A DNA stretch of 64,000 nt from Dehalococcoidia bacterium (GTDB lineage: Bacteria; Chloroflexota; Dehalococcoidia; UBA2979): the NCBI GenBank assembly GCA_020845735.1, contig JADLFF010000058.1:40368-104367 (forward strand), given 5' to 3'. Position numbers and translations under genes: made by a program. Of the stretch, positions 37,701 to 46,703 are shown in pieces (the stretch's first letter is position 1; every line of letters starts with the position of its first letter). The notes beneath the pieces were generated by a model that worked only from the letters and a program-made list of their open reading frames with translations, was not told the DNA's origin and searched no databases.

Positions 37701-38909
37701 ATGCAGGCCGGGCCGCCCGAGCGCTGGTACGCGTGCCTCGCCGTGCCCTCGCTGGCCCTCGCGCAGGTGCTGGCGGAGCAGCCGGAGCTCCGAGGCAGCC
37801 CGCTGGCGATCTCGGACGAGGCGGGCGTGCGGGTGGCCGACGCCACCTCGGAGGCCACGCACCGAGGCGTGCGCGCGGGGATGACGCTCCGCGAGGCCGT
37901 GGCGCTCTGTCCTCGGCTGGCCGTGCTCGAGCCGCGCCCCGCGCGCGTGCGGCGCATCGCCGACCAGCTCGTGGAGGGTGCCGCCTCGGTGAGCCCGCTG
38001 ATCGAGGAGGCCGAGCCGGGCGTCGTGTTCGCAGACCTGCGCGGACTGGCGTCGCTCTACCCGGAGCGCGGGGCGATCGAGGCGGCGCTGCTCGCCTCGG
38101 CGCCCGGGGTGCTCGAGCCGCGCGTGGGCGTGGCGGGTGAGCGCTTCACCTCGTGGGCGGCCGCGCGCAGCGCCGAGCCCGGCACGTGGGTGCGCGTGGA
38201 GCCCGGGCAGAGCGCGGCGTTCCTCGCGAGGCGGCCCGCGGACTGGCTGCCCCTCGACGCGGAGACGCTGCGCCGGCTGCGCCTCCTCGGCATCCACACC
38301 GTCGGCGAGTTCGCGGCGCTGCCGGGCCCTGCGGTGCAGGCGCAGTTCGGGCCCCCGGGACGGCGCGCGTGGCTCGCGGCGCGCGGGCGGGATCCCGAGC
38401 CGGTGCGCCCTCGGCCGCCCGCGGTGGAGCGCGTGGTGGAGCACGTGCAGTCGCTGCCGCCGCTGATCAGCCGCGAGGCGATCCTCCTCGGTGCGCGGCA
38501 ATTGCTGAGGCGGGCGCTGCGGCAGCCTCGAGCGGTGGGGCGCTTCGTGCGGCTCGTGCGGCTCTCGGCGGTGGGCGAGGAGGGCCAGGTGTGGGAGCGC
38601 CTCCACACGCTGCGCGAGCCGGCCAACGACGAGTACCAGCTCTGGATCATCGTGCAGACCCAGTTCGAGTACGCGGAGTTGCCGGGGCCGATCGCCGAGC
38701 TGGAGCTCGAGCTGGGCGGGCTGACCGCGGAGACGGGCCGCCAGCCGGGGCTGTTCGTGGACCACATGCGGCGACGTGAGCAACTCGAGGAGATGGTGCG
38801 GCACCTCCGAGTGCGGTTCGGGCACTCGCCGGTGGCGCAGGTGGTGGAGGTGGAGCCGTGGAGTCGACTGCCGGAGCGCCGCTACGCGCTCATGGACTAC
38901 GAGCCCTAG
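37701..38909 (+). CDS. imuB: ImuB, Y-family DNA polymerase-like protein of the mutagenesis cassette
   Basis: Y-family N-terminus (WYACLAVPSLALAQVL...GMTLREA...) without catalytic acidic residues. Located directly upstream of dnaE2. ATG at 37701 follows GAGGG. Confidence 0.75.
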   Translation: MQAGPPERWYACLAVPSLALAQVLAEQPELRGSPLAISDEAGVRVADATSEATHRGVRAGMTLREAVALCPRLAVLEPRPARVRRIADQLVEGAASVSPLIEEAEPGVVFADLRGLASLYPERGAIEAALLASAPGVLEPRVGVAGERFTSWAAARSAEPGTWVRVEPGQSAAFLARRPADWLPLDAETLRRLRLLGIHTVGEFAALPGPAVQAQFGPPGRRAWLAARGRDPEPVRPRPPAVERVVEHVQSLPPLISREAILLGARQLLRRALRQPRAVGRFVRLVRLSAVGEEGQVWERLHTLREPANDEYQLWIIVQTQFEYAELPGPIAELELELGGLTAETGRQPGLFVDHMRRREQLEEMVRHLRVRFGHSPVAQVVEVEPWSRLPERRYALMDYEP

Positions 38910-39154
38910 GGCAGCCTCGGCCGGTGGAGGTGGCCCTCGAGGGGGGGCGCCCGGCGCGGGTGACCGTGGAGCGCTCGCGAGTCGCGCGCGTGTTCGAGGT
39001 GGAGGGGGTGCAGGAGGTCTGGCGCGTGGCCGAGGCGTGGTGGCGGGAGGTGCCGGTGCGGCGCACGTACTACCAGGTGGTGGTGGACGGCGGCCGCGCG
39101 CTGACGCTGTTCCAGGACGAGGAGAGTGGTCGGTGGTACGAGCAGCGGTACTGA
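38858..39154 (+). CDS. small protein (98 aa) encoded in an alternative frame overlapping the imuB 3' end; function unknown
   Basis: GTG at 38858, 7 nt after GGAGG (GGTGGTGGAGGTGGAGCC). Overlaps the last 52 nt of imuB. Trp/Tyr-rich C-terminus (WRVAEAWWREV...RWYEQRY). Confidence 0.45.
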   Translation: MESTAGAPLRAHGLRALGQPRPVEVALEGGRPARVTVERSRVARVFEVEGVQEVWRVAEAWWREVPVRRTYYQVVVDGGRALTLFQDEESGRWYEQRY

Positions 39155-39770
39155 GTGTGGACGCGCCTTCGGCGCGGAGTCCCGCCCATCACCTCCATGC
39201 GAGGGGCTACGCCCCTCGCGCTCCCGCTCGGTCAGTCGCAGCGGCCGGCGTCAGGACAGAGCGCGACTTCAGCATCGGAGTGTGGACGCGCCTTCGGCGC
39301 GACTGCCCGCCCACCCACCCCTTTTTCAGTGGGGGCTCCGCCCCCACACCCCCAGGCGTGCCGACCTCGAACTTCGCGAGCGAACGACCTTCGAGGTCGA
39401 CGCGCCTTCGCGGCGCCCCGGCCGCCCGCCCCCCATCGGGCTCGGAGTGCGGGGTGTCCACGGGCTCTGTGCAGTTCGCTACGAGACCGGAGTTGTGGAC
39501 GCGCCTCCGGCGCGGTGTCCCACTCACCCACCCCGTTCATGCGAGGGGCTGTGCTCCTCGCGCTCCCGCTCGGTCAGTTTCAGCCGCCGGGGCAAGAATG
39601 GAGCGCAGACCTCAGCATCGGGGAAGTTGTGGACACACTCCGGCGCGACTGCGCCCACCCATCCCCTTGCTCCGTGGGGGCTTCGCCACCTCCCGCAGAA
39701 GTCGACGCACGAGTCCCATCGTGACGCGACCGACCCGGCTGGCATCACACGCTGGCCACGATGAGGGTGC
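39155..39770. repeat. hairpin-dense tandemly duplicated intergenic repeat array (A-B-A'-B', ~330 bp duplication) between the imuB region and dnaE2
   Basis: 22-mer GTGTGGACGCGCCTTCGGCGCG occurs at 39155 and 39279, with variants at 39486 and 39624. Unit A 39155..39280 is ~80% identical to 39486..39620. Multiple perfect hairpins (CGCGCC-TTC-GGCGCG, GAGGGGC-TAC-GCCCCTC, GTGGGGGC-TCC-GCCCCCAC, CGACCTCGAA...TTCGAGGTCG). Confidence 0.6.
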
Positions 39771-42700
39771 GTGATGGTTGAGGGCTGGCCGCGGGTGCGG
39801 TCGAACGATCACTTCTGCGGGCCGGGCACCGAGGGCGCGCACCACCGTCACGAGCACGGGGCGACCTCGAGGGGGCGGTGGGATGCGTTCGCGGCGGAGC
39901 GCGTCGAGCTCGAGCAGCTCGTGGCGAACGACACGCCGAGGTCGATGGCGCCTCGCGATCCGCTGGCGCCGATCGGCCTCGAGGTGCTGGACGGCACGCC
40001 GTACGTCGAGCTGCACCTGCACTCGAACTACTCCCTCCTCGAGGGTGCGTCACGCATCGGCGAGCTGGTGTGGACGGCGGCCGAGCAGGGCCATCGCGCG
40101 CTCGCGCTGACGGACCACAACGGCATGTACGGGGCGATGGAGTTCGCGCGCGCGGCAAAGGAGGCGAGCCTCCGCCCGATCACCGGCCTCGAGCTGACGG
40201 TCGCCGAGGGAAAGGCGGGAGCGGAGCGCTCGCACGTGACGCTGCTGGCCGAGAACAAGCGCGGCTACTCGAACCTGTGCCGGCTCTCGAGCATCGCGTT
40301 CGGGCTCGCCGAGACGGGGGCGAAGGAGAAGGAGGCGCGCCGCCTCGATCCGTGGGTACCCCTCGAGGAGCTGGCGCGCCACGCCGAGGGGTTGATCGTG
40401 CTGACAGGCTGCCGCGAGAGCCGCCTCGCGAGACTGGTGCAGGAGGGGCGGGGCGACCGCGCCGAGGCGTGGCTGCGCCGCCTCGTGGCATGGTTCGGCG
40501 TCGAGAGCGTCTTCGTCGAGCTGCAGGACAACCTCGTCTTCGGCGACCGGCCTCGGAACCACGCGCTGGTCGCGCTCGCCGAGGTGGTCAGCGTGGGCGT
40601 GGTGGGCACGGGCAACGTGCACTACCACGAGCCCGACCGGCACCGGCTGCAGGACGTGATGACGGCGATCCGCGTGCGGAAGTCGCTGGACGACTCGCAT
40701 CGGGAGCGGCGGGCGAACGCGGAGTTCTACCTGCGCTCACCCCTCGAGCAGGCGGCGCGCTTCGAGGAGTACCACCCGGAGGCCGCGCGCAACAGCGTCC
40801 GCATCGCGCGCCGGTGCGCGTTCGACCTGACCGAGGACCTGGGCTACCGGCTGCCCGAGCCGGCCTCGGCGAACGGGCGCACGGCAATCGAGGAGCTGGC
40901 GGTGGTGTGCCGTGCGCGCCTCGAGGGGCGGTACGCGGGGAGGCGGCGGCGCTACCTCGATGCCGCGCGCGAGCGGCTGGAACACGAGCTGGGGCTGATC
41001 GAGCGCCACCGCCTCGCGGGGTTCTTCCTCATCTACCACCAGATCTTCAACCTCGCGAGAGAAGTGGCGCGCGAGGTGCGCGGCGAGGGCAGCGCTCGGC
41101 AGTTCGCGAACCTGCCGCCGGGTCGCGGGCGCGGATCCTCGGTCGCCTCGATCGTCTGTTACCTGATCGGGCTGTCGCACATCGACCCGATCGCGAACCG
41201 GCTGACGATCGGGCGCTTCCTCAACGAGGAGATGCGCACCTTCCCGGACATCGACCTCGACTTTGCGCGCGACATCCGGCGGGTCCTCATCGAGCGGGTC
41301 TACGAGGTGTGGGGCAAGGAGCACGCGGCGCTCGTCGCGATCTTCCCCACGTACCGCCTCAAGAGCGCGCTGCGTGACATCGGCAAGGCGCTGGGGCTGC
41401 CGGCCGCGGAGATCGACCGGCTGGCGAAGCGCTCGAGTCCGCACGACGGCATCGAGCAGATCCCGGAGGAGCTGGCGCGCCATCCCGAGTACGCCGACCG
41501 CCTCGAGGCGCGGGCGTGGCGCGACCTCGCGGAGCTGTCGATCCAGCTCGCGGGGTTCCCGCGGCACATGTCGCAGCACGTGGGCGGGATGGTGATCTCC
41601 TCGGAGCCGCTCATCGACTACGTGCCGTGCCAGCCGGCGGCGTGGCCGAATCGCTACCTGTGCCACTGGGACAAGGACAGCATCGACGACGCGCGGATGG
41701 TGAAGATCGACTTCCTCGGACTGGGGATGCTCTCGGTCGTCGAGGAGACGATGGAGCTGATCGTCGAGGAGGGCCACACGCAGGTCGACCTCTCGACGAT
41801 CGCGTTCGACGACGCAGCGGTGTACGACGACATCTGCCGAGGCGACACGGTGGGGGTGTTCCAGATCGAGTCGCGGGCGCAGATCGCGATGCTGCCACGG
41901 ACGCAGCCGCGCAGCCTCGAGGACCTGACCGTGCAGGTCTCGATCGTGCGGCCGGGGCCGATTGTCGGTGGGGCGGTGAACCCGTACGTGCGGGAGCGCG
42001 AGAAGCAGCGCCGCCTCGGCGCCGCGTACCGGCCTCCCGAGGTGCATGCGTGTGTGAACGAGGTGCTCGACGAGACCCTCGGCGTGGTGCTGTTCCAGGA
42101 GCAGGTCGTCGAGGTAGCTCGGCGGATGGGAGGCTTCACGGCTGGGGAGGCGGAGCAGTTCCGCCGCGCGATGAGTCGCAAGCGCTCACTGGAGGTGATG
42201 CAGCGCTACGAGGAGCACTTCATGGCGGGCGCCCTCGAGCGGGGAGTGGAGCCCGCGATGGCGGAGCGGATGTTCAAGAACCTGCTGGGGTTCGCGGAGT
42301 TCGGCTTCCCGAAGAGCCACGGGGCGGCGTTCGGTCTGCTCGCGTACCAGACGACGTGGCTCAAGCGGTACTACCCGGCGCCGTTCTTCTGCGCGCTGTT
42401 CAACAACCAGCCGATGGGCTTCTACCCGCCGCACGTGCTGACGAACGACGCGAAACGCCACGACCTGGAGGTGCGCCGGCCCGACCTCAACCTGAGCGAC
42501 GCGCGCTGCACGGTGGAGCCCTCGACGCTGGCGCGCGGCGCGATCCGGGTGGGGCTGGGCTACGTGCGCAGCGTGGGCGAGGTGGCCGGCGCGCACATCG
42601 AGGCGGAGCGCCGTCGCGAGGGGCCGTACACGTCGCTGTTCAACCTCGTGCAGCGCACGGGGATCAGCCGGCAGGCGGTGGAAGCCCTCGTGCGGGTGGG

Positions 42701-43277
42701 GGCGTGCGACGACTTCGGGCTCAATCGCCGCGAGCTGCTCTGGCAGCTGGGGCTGTTCTGGGGCGGGATGCAGCAGGCGGCGCTGAGCGTGCCTCGAGAG
42801 CGGCAGTTGCGCCTCCCACTGACGACGGAGCAGGACGAGGTGTCACTCGTCGACTTCGACGCCTACCAGCGGATGACGGCGGACTACGAGCTGCTGTCGC
42901 TCTCGCCGGACAGCCACCCGATGCAGTTCATGCGGGGCGCCCTCGGGGAGGGCGTGGCCTCGAGTCGGCACCTGCGCGCGATCCCCGGCGGGAGCCAGGT
43001 GGACGTCGCGGGCCTGGTGGTGTGCCGCCAGCGGCCGATGACGGCGAAGGGGATCATCTTCCTGCTGCTGGAGGACGAGTTCGGGATGATCAACGTGCTG
43101 GTGAGCAAGGAGCTCTCCGAGCGCTTCCGCGACCACATCCGGACGGCGCCGTTCGTGCGGGTGCGCGGGGTCCTCGAGGAGCGGATGGGGGAGCAGCGGA
43201 CGCTGGTGGCCTCGCAGCTCTGGGAACTCGTCCCCTCCCAGATGTTCCGCACGCCCCACGGCAAGTCGTGGGGCTAG
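39771..43277 (+). CDS. dnaE2: error-prone DNA polymerase DnaE2 (ImuC)
   Basis: PHP domain start YVELHLHSNYSLLEGAS, pol III alpha core GFFLIYHQI and FPDIDLDF, and a C-terminal OB-fold region. About 70-aa N-terminal leader as in actinobacterial DnaE2. Confidence 0.9.
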   Translation: MMVEGWPRVRSNDHFCGPGTEGAHHRHEHGATSRGRWDAFAAERVELEQLVANDTPRSMAPRDPLAPIGLEVLDGTPYVELHLHSNYSLLEGASRIGELVWTAAEQGHRALALTDHNGMYGAMEFARAAKEASLRPITGLELTVAEGKAGAERSHVTLLAENKRGYSNLCRLSSIAFGLAETGAKEKEARRLDPWVPLEELARHAEGLIVLTGCRESRLARLVQEGRGDRAEAWLRRLVAWFGVESVFVELQDNLVFGDRPRNHALVALAEVVSVGVVGTGNVHYHEPDRHRLQDVMTAIRVRKSLDDSHRERRANAEFYLRSPLEQAARFEEYHPEAARNSVRIARRCAFDLTEDLGYRLPEPASANGRTAIEELAVVCRARLEGRYAGRRRRYLDAARERLEHELGLIERHRLAGFFLIYHQIFNLAREVAREVRGEGSARQFANLPPGRGRGSSVASIVCYLIGLSHIDPIANRLTIGRFLNEEMRTFPDIDLDFARDIRRVLIERVYEVWGKEHAALVAIFPTYRLKSALRDIGKALGLPAAEIDRLAKRSSPHDGIEQIPEELARHPEYADRLEARAWRDLAELSIQLAGFPRHMSQHVGGMVISSEPLIDYVPCQPAAWPNRYLCHWDKDSIDDARMVKIDFLGLGMLSVVEETMELIVEEGHTQVDLSTIAFDDAAVYDDICRGDTVGVFQIESRAQIAMLPRTQPRSLEDLTVQVSIVRPGPIVGGAVNPYVREREKQRRLGAAYRPPEVHACVNEVLDETLGVVLFQEQVVEVARRMGGFTAGEAEQFRRAMSRKRSLEVMQRYEEHFMAGALERGVEPAMAERMFKNLLGFAEFGFPKSHGAAFGLLAYQTTWLKRYYPAPFFCALFNNQPMGFYPPHVLTNDAKRHDLEVRRPDLNLSDARCTVEPSTLARGAIRVGLGYVRSVGEVAGAHIEAERRREGPYTSLFNLVQRTGISRQAVEALVRVGACDDFGLNRRELLWQLGLFWGGMQQAALSVPRERQLRLPLTTEQDEVSLVDFDAYQRMTADYELLSLSPDSHPMQFMRGALGEGVASSRHLRAIPGGSQVDVAGLVVCRQRPMTAKGIIFLLLEDEFGMINVLVSKELSERFRDHIRTAPFVRVRGVLEERMGEQRTLVASQLWELVPSQMFRTPHGKSWG

Positions 43278-43349
43278 CCCTCGGCGCCACGCACGCCTCG
43301 AGGGTTGGCGCTGTGGACGGGTGAGGGGCGCCCGCGTAGCCTGCTCGAT

Positions 43350-43424
43350 GGGCCCGTAGCTCAGCGGTAGAGCAGAGGACTTTTAATCCTTCGGTCCAGG
43401 GTTCGAATCCCTGCGGGCCTACCA
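43350..43424 (+). tRNA. tRNA-Lys (anticodon UUU), CCA encoded
   Basis: Cloverleaf: acceptor GGGCCCG/CGGGCCT, D-arm GCTC-AGCGGTA-GAGC, anticodon arm GAGGA-CTTTTAA-TCCTT, T-arm CAGGG-TTCGAAT-CCCTG, then A+CCA. Confidence 0.85.
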
Positions 43425-43431
43425 GTGCGAC

Positions 43432-45114
43432 TCAGTCGGGCAGTAGCCGATCCGACATGAGCCCGCCGCTGGCCTCGAGACCGCGGAGATCGAAGATCAC
43501 GACCTCGTCATTCTCGTAGACCGGCGTGTAGCCGGAGCGGCCGCGCAACTCCTCGGCGAGGACGGCGCAGCAGTCCTCACGTAGCGAGGGCCTCGGGACT
43601 TCCTTGAACACGAAGACGTAGTCGGGGCGTCTCCAGCGGACGAACCACTCCTCGATGCACTGCGCCGAGTCGGCGTCCTGCTTCAGACAGCGCCCCGCCT
43701 CGCGGTTGGCGAGCCAGCGCGGGTAGTAGGCCCCTGCGACCCATTCGTAGCCTGGCACGGTCGTGACGCTACGTCGCTCGGAAAGTGCGGGGAACCACTC
43801 GAGGCCCGGCTCCCATGCCTGAGCATGCATCACGAGGAACGTGCTCTCCGGCGGCGTGCTCTCGCGCGCCCACTCCATCGCCTGACGCTGCGGCGCGGAG
43901 AGTGCCGCGGCAAGGCCCGCCACGACCGGAGCCTGCACACCGAGGAAGGCGCCCACCAGGACGAAGCCGGTGAACAACACCGACGTCGGCATGCGACTGA
44001 GTACGCCCACCGACATCGCCCCCCGGGACGCCTCGAATCGCCGCCACGCCTCGGCCATACCGAGACCGGCGAGCAACGCGACCGGGACCGCCGACATCTG
44101 GTGCTCGCCTCGGATCTGGATGGTGAAGACAGCAGCCAACACCAGTGGTGCGAAGTACTCGCGTCTGCGGAGTGAATGGTAGATGCCGAACACAGCGAAC
44201 GCGCTGAACACAGGGAACAGCTCGCCGCCCCAGATCGGAATGAAGAGACGAACGACGACGCCACCGGGAACGAAGACCTGCGTACTTCCGTCGAGGACCG
44301 CGCCAAACACCTCGAAGCCGTGTTGCTGGACAACGGGGACCCACCACACCGCGGCAACGAGGACTGAGGCCAGGCCGGCAGCCATCGAAGCGACGGTCGC
44401 GCGCCGTGTCCGCCCCAGAGTCAGCAGGAGCGCAAGCGAACCGTGCGCCCCGAACAACGACCAGTCTGTGTGCGAGAGAAGCAGCAGGCCGCCTGCAAGC
44501 ATGGCTCCGGCCAGGTACCGCACACGGTACGTCTGGTAGTACCGCGCCAGAGTCGCGAGCAGCAGCATCGCGAACAGACAACCGAGGGAACGCGTCAGCC
44601 CTCCGCCCGCGGCCTGCCAGGCGTACGTGCCGGGAAGACTGGCGAACGCGGCGGTGCTGAGCCAGGCGACGCGCGGCTCCGAGGTCACGGAGTGGGCAAG
44701 CCAGGCGAACGCGGCGACCGCGAGCGCGCAGACAATCGCGGGCTGCAGCCAGAGGAAATCGAGCACCGGAATACCCGTGATCGATGAGAGGAACCCCACC
44801 TCGTAGAACGCGAGCGGTGGGTACGCGAATGGGATCTGACCTCCGTCGTACGACGCAAACGCGGGGAGGCGGAACCCATTCAACTGCAGGTCACGAATCA
44901 TGAGGTAGAAGAGCCCGCCGTCGAGACGTGGGAAGTCGGTGGACACGGCCCAGCCGATCCGAATCACCGCGCCGAGGGCGATGGCGAGCAGGGTGGGGGC
45001 GTAGCGGCGTGCCCATGCTCCTCGAGGGGTGGGGGCGGGGAACGGGAGGATGCGCGCGCCCTCGAGGGGTGACGGCTGCACGGCACGCTGACGCACGACC
45101 CCTCCTCGTGTCAT
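43432..45114 (-). CDS. polytopic membrane protein with C-terminal soluble domain, GT-C-type glycosyltransferase suspected
   Basis: About 11 TM helices followed by a ~170-aa extracytoplasmic domain with conserved Cys pairs. Architecture resembles PMT/ArnT-like enzymes. Confidence 0.4.
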   Translation of the reverse strand: MTRGGVVRQRAVQPSPLEGARILPFPAPTPRGAWARRYAPTLLAIALGAVIRIGWAVSTDFPRLDGGLFYLMIRDLQLNGFRLPAFASYDGGQIPFAYPPLAFYEVGFLSSITGIPVLDFLWLQPAIVCALAVAAFAWLAHSVTSEPRVAWLSTAAFASLPGTYAWQAAGGGLTRSLGCLFAMLLLATLARYYQTYRVRYLAGAMLAGGLLLLSHTDWSLFGAHGSLALLLTLGRTRRATVASMAAGLASVLVAAVWWVPVVQQHGFEVFGAVLDGSTQVFVPGGVVVRLFIPIWGGELFPVFSAFAVFGIYHSLRRREYFAPLVLAAVFTIQIRGEHQMSAVPVALLAGLGMAEAWRRFEASRGAMSVGVLSRMPTSVLFTGFVLVGAFLGVQAPVVAGLAAALSAPQRQAMEWARESTPPESTFLVMHAQAWEPGLEWFPALSERRSVTTVPGYEWVAGAYYPRWLANREAGRCLKQDADSAQCIEEWFVRWRRPDYVFVFKEVPRPSLREDCCAVLAEELRGRSGYTPVYENDEVVIFDLRGLEASGGLMSDRLLPD

Positions 45115-45205
45115 TCGGTGGGCGCTTACGGAGACTCGACCAGCGTGCCAGCCTCGAGAAGGACCGGGGATGAGGGACGACCCGTAGCCCGCGCCGTGCG
45201 CGTCC

Positions 45206-46546
45206 CTAGGTCTTCGCGGCGCCCTCGGGGTTGCCGCGCACGATGACGAACGAGAGGGCGATGCCGAGGGCGAGCGCGCCACTGCCGACGAGCAGCGCCT
45301 GCCGGTCCATGAAGAACGCGAGGGCGACCGCGCCTCCGAGACCGACAAGCGCGGGAAGCGGCGCGGGACCAATCGAGGGGCCCGCGCGGAACGGACGAGG
45401 CCACTCGGGGTGGATCATGCGGAGGCGGATGAGCGCGGAGTTCACGACGACGAAGAGCGTGAAGACCGCGAAGTTCGTGACCTGGGCCACGAAGCCAATG
45501 TCGCCGCTGAGGGCGAAGACGAGCGCGACCGTCGTTGCGAGGGCGATCGCCACCCACGGTGTTCCTCGACGGGCCCATACTCGCCCGAAGACCGGGGGCA
45601 ACATCCCTCGACGGGCCATGCCGTACATCGCGCGCGGCCCCGTTGCGAGCAACAGGAGCACCGTGTTGAACGTCGCGAAGAGCGCGATGAGCGAGAGGGC
45701 GTCGGCCAGCCGGTCGGACGACTCCGCGCGAACCACCTCGGCGAGCGGCGCGTCCACCGAGGCGAGCGTCTGCCATGGCACCACCGACACCGCGACCGCC
45801 GCGACGAGCACGTAGATCACCGTCGTCACCGCGACGGCGATCAGCAGGGCGCGCGGGATGTTCCTGGTGGGATCGCGCACCTCCTCGGAGAGCGTGGCGA
45901 TCTCCTCGAACCCCTCATAGGCGAAGAACACGAGGGCGGCCGCGGCGAGCAGCCCGGTGGCGCCGTCGTGCACCTCGAGGAGGTTGACGGAGCCCAGGTG
46001 CGGCAGGCCGACGAGGATCACCACGATCAGCCCGCTCGCCTCGATGGCGGCGAAAATACTCGCGAGGCCCACCGTCTCGGAGACACCGAGCAGCACGATC
46101 ACCGCGCAGAGCAGCACGACCACCACGGCGATGACCGTCGGCGACACATCGATGTAGCCGGCGAGGTACCTCGCGAAGCCGAGGGCGACGGCGGGGGCCG
46201 CCACGGCGTTGACGGCGACGTCCATCCACCCCGTCACGAAGCCCACTCGAGGGCCGAACGCGACGCGGGCATAGGCGGATGCGGCGCCGGCCTCGGGGAG
46301 CAGTGCGGTCAGCTCCGCGTACGCGAGGCCCGTCCCGGCTGCGAGCAGGGCACCGACGAGGAAGGCGAGCCACACCCCGTTCCCCGCCACGCCCGCTGCC
46401 TCGCCAATGAGGACGTAGATCCCCGCGCCGAGGACGATGCCGATGCCGGACGCGGACGCACCGAGCAAGCCGATGCGACGCTGGAGCTGGCCCGCGGCGG
46501 GTTGCTCGACGGTCACGGGCGGGACACCTTGCTCATCGTTGCTCAT
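45206..46546 (-). CDS. APC superfamily amino acid permease
   Basis: 12-TM profile with an APC signature region (GIGIVLGAGIYVLIGEAAG). Confidence 0.8.
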   Translation of the reverse strand: MSNDEQGVPPVTVEQPAAGQLQRRIGLLGASASGIGIVLGAGIYVLIGEAAGVAGNGVWLAFLVGALLAAGTGLAYAELTALLPEAGAASAYARVAFGPRVGFVTGWMDVAVNAVAAPAVALGFARYLAGYIDVSPTVIAVVVVLLCAVIVLLGVSETVGLASIFAAIEASGLIVVILVGLPHLGSVNLLEVHDGATGLLAAAALVFFAYEGFEEIATLSEEVRDPTRNIPRALLIAVAVTTVIYVLVAAVAVSVVPWQTLASVDAPLAEVVRAESSDRLADALSLIALFATFNTVLLLLATGPRAMYGMARRGMLPPVFGRVWARRGTPWVAIALATTVALVFALSGDIGFVAQVTNFAVFTLFVVVNSALIRLRMIHPEWPRPFRAGPSIGPAPLPALVGLGGAVALAFFMDRQALLVGSGALALGIALSFVIVRGNPEGAAKT

Positions 46547-46703
46547 CACCGCCAGAGTATGTTGCCCATCCGTGGATGGGGCATGTTGAGGGGTGGGTGG
46601 CTCGTCGCGGTGCACCTCGCGGAGGAGACCGGATCTGACAGAGAGTTGCGAAACTCAGCGCACCGCCCATCGATGGCCCGCACTAGTGTGAGGACACGGC
46701 GCC

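Noticed and set aside
39155-39770. Possible CRISPR array
   Set aside because: Repeat copies are unevenly spaced (124, 207, 138 bp) and the intervening sequences are themselves duplicated (A-B-A'-B'). There is no constant repeat length with unique spacers and no cas genes, so it was treated as a duplicated hairpin-rich repeat.
43278-45200. tRNA-Lys as an attachment site of an integrated element
   Set aside because: No integrase, direct repeat of the tRNA 3' end, or compositional shift was seen downstream. The flanking genes (a glycosyltransferase-like membrane protein and an amino acid permease) look like core metabolism.
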